Shown: positions 14,584 through 18,967 of the stretch, one piece after another
Layout of the letters: the number at the start of each line of letters is the position of its first letter
How positions within the stretch are numbered: position 1 is the stretch's first letter
Source of the DNA: a plasmid
Sequence record: NZ_CP013937.1
Strand: one strand, 5' to 3'
DNA: 18,967 nt
Made by a program: the position numbers and the translations under genes
The notes under the pieces: model-generated
What the model was told of the DNA's origin: nothing
Databases searched by the model: none
Seen by the model: only the letters and a program-made list of their open reading frames with translations

Positions 14584-15276
14584 ATGGCATACCATAATCA
14601 TCATAGTCATGTAGATTGTATACGTTTAGTGCCGATTTTCAATCATCTCAATGATGAACAAATGCATCTAATTGCTCAATCAGCGAATGAAGTACAATAC
14701 GTAAAGAATGAGCTATTATTTAGGTTTGGTGATAAAGATGACACATTATATATCATAAACAATGGACGTGTACGTATTTATAGCCTAAGTGAGTCTGGTC
14801 GTGAGCAAACCATACGTATCCTACATCCGGGTGATTTTATGGGGGAAGTTGCTGTTTTACAGACTGAAGGTTATCATTCGAATTATGCTGAAGCAATATC
14901 GGAAACAAGTATTTGTAAGATTCATAAAAAGGATTTAGATCAATATTTAGATCGCTATCCAGAAATCATGCGACGAATATTATCGGATATTACAAAACGG
15001 CTACAGTTATCAGAAAAACAAACTGTGCAAGTCAGTATTGAACCTGTTGAAGCTCGAATTATTGATTTTTTATCAGAAAATGTTGAAGATGAAAAAAACC
15101 ATACTTATGTGACTTTACCCATGTCAAAAAAAGATTTGGCTACTTACCTGGGGACAACTCCAGAAACAATAAGCCGTAAGTTCTCATCATTGGAAGAGAG
15201 AGGTCTAATTAAACGGCATACCCAAAAATGTGTTGAGATATTTGATTTAGATGAATTATTATTTGTATCAAGTTAA
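14584..15276 (+). CDS. Crp/Fnr-family transcriptional regulator, FLP-type (cNMP-binding domain plus C-terminal HTH)
   Basis: RBS AGGAG lies 9 nt before ATG 14584. The cNMP-binding beta-roll is followed by HTH_Crp (TYVTLPMSKKDLATYLGTTPETISRKFSSLEERGLI). Cys at positions 12 and 111 is consistent with FLP-like disulfide redox switches. Confidence 0.85.
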   Translation: MAYHNHHSHVDCIRLVPIFNHLNDEQMHLIAQSANEVQYVKNELLFRFGDKDDTLYIINNGRVRIYSLSESGREQTIRILHPGDFMGEVAVLQTEGYHSNYAEAISETSICKIHKKDLDQYLDRYPEIMRRILSDITKRLQLSEKQTVQVSIEPVEARIIDFLSENVEDEKNHTYVTLPMSKKDLATYLGTTPETISRKFSSLEERGLIKRHTQKCVEIFDLDELLFVSS

Positions 15277-15309
15277 GTCGATTTATACTTAAAAATAAGG
15301 ATATCGTTT

Positions 15310-15721
15310 TAAATGATGAACATGGCGGTACACAGTTCATCGTCACTAACCTAAGTCTTCCACAAAAAGACATCGTCCGTGTTTACCGCAAGCGTGCGGC
15401 GATTGAAGATATTATTCGCGAGCTTAAAGGGGGATTTTCCTTTGGCAAAACTGATAGCAGTTCATTTTTCGCCAACAAAGCGCGCATGTGGATCTCAGTA
15501 ATTGCATCAAACTTGATGCGGTTGATGAAGAGTATTGCATTGGACGACCAGCAACAATCGTGGACAATCAATACCTTTCGAGACCGTTTGTTAAAAATCG
15601 GTGGACGTGTGTCACTAAGCACGCCCGCAAGGTGATTTTGACGTTAGATAGCCGCATCCAAGAACAATTTGATGGTCTGTTCTGGCGAGCTTGGGAACGA
15701 CTAAATGCTTTGTGGCAATAA
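15310..15721 (+). pseudogene. IS1380/IS4-type DDE transposase, C-terminal roughly 135 aa only, with internal frameshift
   Basis: Frame 1 reads ...VYRKRAAIEDIIRELKGGFSFGKTDSSSFFANKARMWISVIASNLMRLMK...STPAR*. It continues in +1 as KVILTLDSRIQEQFDGLFWRAWERLNALWQ*. The pattern YRKR..IE..I.ELK....(S/A)N..R..I...A.NL is typical of IS1380/IS4 C-termini. It begins immediately after the flp stop. Confidence 0.6.
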
Positions 15722-15802
15722 AACAACGAAGTAGATTTTCAAAAAAATAGCAAAATCTGGCTGGTTTTAGTGTTCCTATTTTTCTCAAAAAACGCTCAAT
15801 CT

Positions 15803-15855
15803 AAAAAACACCCTGAAACTGTGCCAAGGTACTGGCAGTTTCAAGGTGTTTTATC
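15803..15855. terminator. Rho-independent terminator hairpin
   Basis: aaaaaacaccctgaaactg ... cagtttcaaggtgttttat: 15-bp stem with one mismatch. Confidence 0.6.
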
Positions 15856-15893
15856 ATATTTTACTGATTTAGCTGTGGTTAAAAATTTAGTGC

Positions 15894-15908
15894 ATGAATA
15901 ATCCGGGT
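15894..15908 (+). repeat. atgaataatccgggt, left copy of a 15-bp inverted repeat pair
   Basis: The reverse complement is at 16952-16966. A third direct partial copy aataatccgggt lies at 16681-16692, and a related gaaataatccggtt at 7216-7229. Confidence 0.5.
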
Positions 15909-16021
15909 TTTATTTGTTTCGTTTTTTAAACATTTTTAATCCGATGTGGAATTACCGATAATTGGTCACTTTTTTCTTATATATTGGTTTTATCACCACT
16001 GAGAGAAACTGGAGAAAATAA

Positions 16022-16507
16022 ATGAAAAAATACGTTTCAGCCATCGTCTACGGTGGCTTAGATGGCATTATCACGACGTTCGCAGTCGTTGCTGGATCGG
16101 TCGGTGGTAACGTTTCAAACATCGTTATCATCATTTTGGGATTCTCAAACTTATTAGCCGATGGCTTTTCAATGGGAGCCGGTGCCTACCTGTCAGCAAC
16201 ATCGGATAACAATCAATCAAAAAGTAAAGCATTGGCAGCTGGTATCGCGACATTCATTTCGTTTAACGTCTTCGGTTTAATTCCACTAGGTGCCTACTTA
16301 ATTACAAATGCGTTCATTCACGACAAATCCATCGCCTTTCCAATCGCCTTTGTCATCGTCGGTGTCTCTTTGGCGTTGCTAGGCTGGGTGAAGGCCAACC
16401 TGTCAGAGCAGAAAGTAAGAACAGAAATTCTACGCACACTTTCTGTCGGGTACGTCGCTGCAATTGTTGCTTATGGCGTTGGTATCTTACTGAATTATTA
16501 TTTGTAG
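16022..16507 (+). CDS. VIT1/CCC1-family (DUF125) membrane protein, putative Fe/Mn transporter
   Basis: RBS GGAG lies 7 nt before ATG. YGGLDGIITTFAVVAG is the VIT-family signature. It has about 5 TM segments and is short (161 aa) relative to typical members. Confidence 0.7.
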   Translation: MKKYVSAIVYGGLDGIITTFAVVAGSVGGNVSNIVIIILGFSNLLADGFSMGAGAYLSATSDNNQSKSKALAAGIATFISFNVFGLIPLGAYLITNAFIHDKSIAFPIAFVIVGVSLALLGWVKANLSEQKVRTEILRTLSVGYVAAIVAYGVGILLNYYL

Positions 16508-16510
16508 ACA

Positions 16511-16545
16511 AAAAACCTTGAATATTCAAGACGTTTTTCTTTTTA
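16511..16545 (+). terminator. Rho-independent terminator after the VIT-family gene
   Basis: aaaaaaccttgaatattcaagacg then tttttcttttt. Confidence 0.55.
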
Positions 16546-16951
16546 GATATTTAGTTATATGGTAATCAGTTATAGATTATTTAAGTCAAACAATCCTCGA
16601 CGCTTAGCTTCTTCTTTAGCTGCGTTCATTAAATCAGCAGAGTATAGCGCATCAGGGTGCTTGCCTGTCGATTCGTTAGAAATAATCCGGGTAAAATTTT
16701 AAATCATATTTTTAGAACACCTTTAATTGAGTCGACCTGTAATAGCTAACCATGTATACAAAGAAACGATATGTTATATTACGTCATCGAAAATGGTGTC
16801 CTGAGGGAGTTACTTTTAGTGGTTACCAACACGCCTGCTGACAAAAAACACTTTTTTGTAAAGAAAACCCCAAACAGGTGAGTAAATCTGTTCGGGGATA
16901 TCTAGAAAGACGCTCTATGGTCGAGAAAAGTGAGATGGTGTAGAACTTAAT

Positions 16952-16966
16952 ACCCGGATTATTCAT
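16952..16966 (-). repeat. acccggattattcat, right inverted copy of the 15-bp IR
   Basis: Reverse complement of 15894-15908. Confidence 0.5.
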
Positions 16967-16975
16967 CAAGACAAA

Positions 16976-17028
16976 CAAAAACCCGCTGAAACAGCAAGTT
17001 AATACCGTTTCAGCGGGTTTTGCGTTTT
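16976..17028 (+). terminator. Rho-independent terminator
   Basis: acccgctgaaac ... gtttcagcgggt gives a 12-bp stem, then tttgcgtttt. Confidence 0.65.
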
Positions 17029-17212
17029 CACCCGTTGGGTGAAAACCATAGGAGCTCTTTGTTATGATATTTTGTTAGTGAAAAACAAACCAAATACTCA
17101 AAAATTGGAGCGTCTAAAATTATGACTCAAAAGGTATTACCTAGCAACCCTTTAGTTGCAGTTTCAGACAATGGGGCACCAATTACCTCGGATGGTGGCA
17201 ACGTGTAATGAT

Positions 17213-17443
17213 GTTGTCTAATTGTGCCTTAGTAATCCTAGTCATTAAAAATACCTCCATAGTGGCGTCAAAATGAACAAATACGGGCTAATTCAGGGAG
17301 ATTAGTTGGCGTTATTACCCAAAATCAATTTGATCTAACATTGTTTCTCGACTGGCTTGATCTAACCCGAGATAAGTAAGCGTCATAGCCTCACTCGAAT
17401 GATTCAATAAGTGCATGACTAAACCAATATTATAGTTTGATTG
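17213..17443. repeat. 231-bp direct repeat, copy 2 (3' end of the intact integrase gene plus about 100 bp downstream)
   Basis: See copy 1. Confidence 0.85.
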
Positions 17444-17950
17444 CGTATAAACGCGATAGGCACCTGTTTTACGCATGGTGTGTGTGCCCAGATAGTTAAT
17501 TCCTAATAGGTCACCAACACGTGCCATCACCTTATAAAACTGCTTCTTTGTGATATGTCGATCTGGATGGGACGTTGAGGGAAATAACCAATCCGAATTG
17601 ATATTCTGTTGGACTAGCCAATCATGATATTGCAGCAAGTCTTGTTGCACTGGCTTTAAATATAACGTGTTCGCTTTGCCTGTCTTTTTATCATGAATAA
17701 AGGCCGTGTTTTTAACAGACCCATCGGGATTATAGACATCAGATTTCTTTAACGTCATCACATCACTCACCCGCAGTAGAGTGGCTTTGCCAACTTGAAA
17801 GATAGTGTAGTTGCGGCGACCCGCCCGAAAACTATCTAATAAGGTGTCTTGCACCATTTTTAAGACGTTAGAGTCTTTGATTGGGAGTACGATTTGCTGC
17901 ACCATAATATTTTTACCTTTCTGGTTCCCATTATTATTTGATTTAATCAT
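17315..17950 (-). CDS. int: Tyrosine-type site-specific recombinase / small phage-integrase-family protein
   Basis: 211 aa. The catalytic R...HxxR...Y set is plausible: RVSDVMTLK, HTMRKTGAY, HSSEAMTLTYL. The likely true start is internal, at ATG about 17906 (MVQQIVLPIK), which has an AAAGG RBS. Confidence 0.85.
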   Translation of the reverse strand: MIKSNNNGNQKGKNIMVQQIVLPIKDSNVLKMVQDTLLDSFRAGRRNYTIFQVGKATLLRVSDVMTLKKSDVYNPDGSVKNTAFIHDKKTGKANTLYLKPVQQDLLQYHDWLVQQNINSDWLFPSTSHPDRHITKKQFYKVMARVGDLLGINYLGTHTMRKTGAYRVYTQSNYNIGLVMHLLNHSSEAMTLTYLGLDQASRETMLDQIDFG

Positions 17951-18077
17951 AGCTTAGCATTCATAATAAGAATTCATACATTTGATTATCTCGGATTATG
18001 ATTCAGAAATAAAGCAGTCCGGACTTCCCATATACATTTTCCCGTAATCAGGTTATTTCTTAAAAATACGTAGCTAT

Positions 18078-18116
18078 AAAAAAGACTTGATGAAATATAA
18101 TCATCAAGTCTTTTTC
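18078..18116. terminator. Bidirectional rho-independent terminator
   Basis: aaaaaagacttgatga-aatataa-tcatcaagtcttttt. Confidence 0.65.
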
Positions 18117-18211
18117 AAAAACGAAAAGCTTATTACATATCGAAATATGTCGCATTATAATAATTTGCAACAGTTTTTGATAATTCAGAGAGTTTTAACA
18201 GCTACCATGTT

Positions 18212-18967
18212 TTATAGTAATTTACTCTCGGTAAGTAGCTCTTCGATAAACGTTCCCTTTATCTTCTTTTTTAGAGCTGCTTTAGCTAATTTAGGAATTC
18301 CTAAATTAGCCTCATCAATGGTTTTTTTTATCTCCCATATAGTAGATGGCTTTAAGTAGTTCTCGAATATCATAAATAGAGCCATAAACTTCAGGAACAG
18401 CGCGTTCGACTTCAAGTAAAGTATAGACAGATTCCATGGCTGTCCTAATTGAATATTCGGTAGTAAACACGGTGTCATTACTAGGTGACTCTGCGAAATT
18501 ACCAATAAAGGCTAAATTAACAGACCCTTTAGGAACAATATCTGGCCTATCACCCGCAACGCGGGGCATAAAGTATGATGTAATAAACGGCATAAATACT
18601 GGAACGGTATTTATATTGTTTTGGTTAGACAATTGTTTGATCTTGGACTCAGGGACACCAAGGTGATAAAGGAGTTCTTGCGTAATTTCTTCCCCAGAAC
18701 TTTCTACGATGGTCTTATTAACAAAATTTCCTTTGGTATCTGAATATAGTCCATATATCCATACAGTTGTTTCATTTTCTTTTTGCTCTTTGAAATGTGG
18801 CTGCCTGTGAACAGCAAAACTCATCAACCAGTTCGAATCGGTTATGGTAATGATTCCACCAGTATTAATTTTGTGATCATGCAAATCACGATTGGTTAGA
18901 CGTTCAATGTAGGGTTCAATTTCTGGTGATTTTATAGTGGCTGTCGCTGACACAAACCAACTTTTTT
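18212..18967 (-). pseudogene. Oleate hydratase / myosin-cross-reactive-antigen (MCRA) family, C-terminal roughly 250 codons, with +1 frameshift in an A8 tract; 5' part beyond window
   Basis: Frame A (18315-18953+) reads ...TTEYSIRTAMESVYTLLEVERAVPEVYGSIYDIRELLKAIYYMGDKKNH*. Frame B (to 18212) continues ...IDEANLGIPKLAKAALKKKIKGTFIEELLTESKLL*, matching the conserved MCRA C-terminus. The switch is at the A8 tract (plus T8 at 18333-18340). There is no stop upstream, so the ORF continues past 18967. Confidence 0.7.

Noticed and set aside
15383-15721. ORFs 15383-15622(-) and 15488-15721(+)
   Set aside because: They are alternative-frame or antisense readings of the IS1380/IS4-like transposase remnant. 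The true frame reads YRKRAAIEDIIRELK... with a frameshift near 15625.
18087-18359. 90-aa plus-strand ORF
   Set aside because: It is antisense to the oleate hydratase 3' end and terminator region.

Overview
This window is an IS-riddled accessory region that looks like a Lactobacillaceae plasmid or genomic island: AT-rich, GGAGG-type RBSs, and many truncated genes. I found no tRNA, rRNA or CRISPR.

Left to right:
- 5' end of a 3-hydroxyacyl-CoA dehydrogenase gene (continues off the window).
- A lone thioredoxin-type arsC.
- A small XRE-family regulator that may carry an A8 frameshift.
- Two near-identical, internally deleted IS3-family copies in direct orientation. They bracket a divergent hxlR / NAD(P)H-oxidoreductase pair, and the second copy truncates a type I restriction hsdR gene after about 285 codons.
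- A uracil-DNA-glycosylase-superfamily gene, then a third IS3-type transposase fragment.
- About 1.4 kb with no convincing ORF. It is visibly GC-richer and full of hairpins and internal terminators. After it come an HTH/coiled-coil protein gene, a 59-aa two-TM peptide gene, iteron-like direct repeats and a 44-aa acidic ORF. The whole segment looks like a plasmid backbone or a large structured RNA locus.
- An orphan three-gene cassette on the minus strand: 59-aa and 96-aa genes overlapping by ATGA, then an Xis/HTH-like gene.
- A 5.45-kb metal/oxidative-stress island bracketed by roughly 231-bp direct repeats (about 94% identical). One repeat is the 3' end of the intact small tyrosine integrase at the right; the other is a remnant of a paralogous int 3' end. 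The island carries a CadA/MntA-like P1B ATPase with an unusual CPG motif, a CopZ-like HMA protein, Dps, an Flp-type Crp/Fnr regulator with a Flp/FNR-box-like palindrome upstream, an IS1380/IS4-like transposase remnant and a VIT1/CCC1-family transporter.
- The 3' part of an oleate hydratase (MCRA) gene with an A8 frameshift; the gene continues off the window.

Recurrent short repeat families mark most of the junctions.
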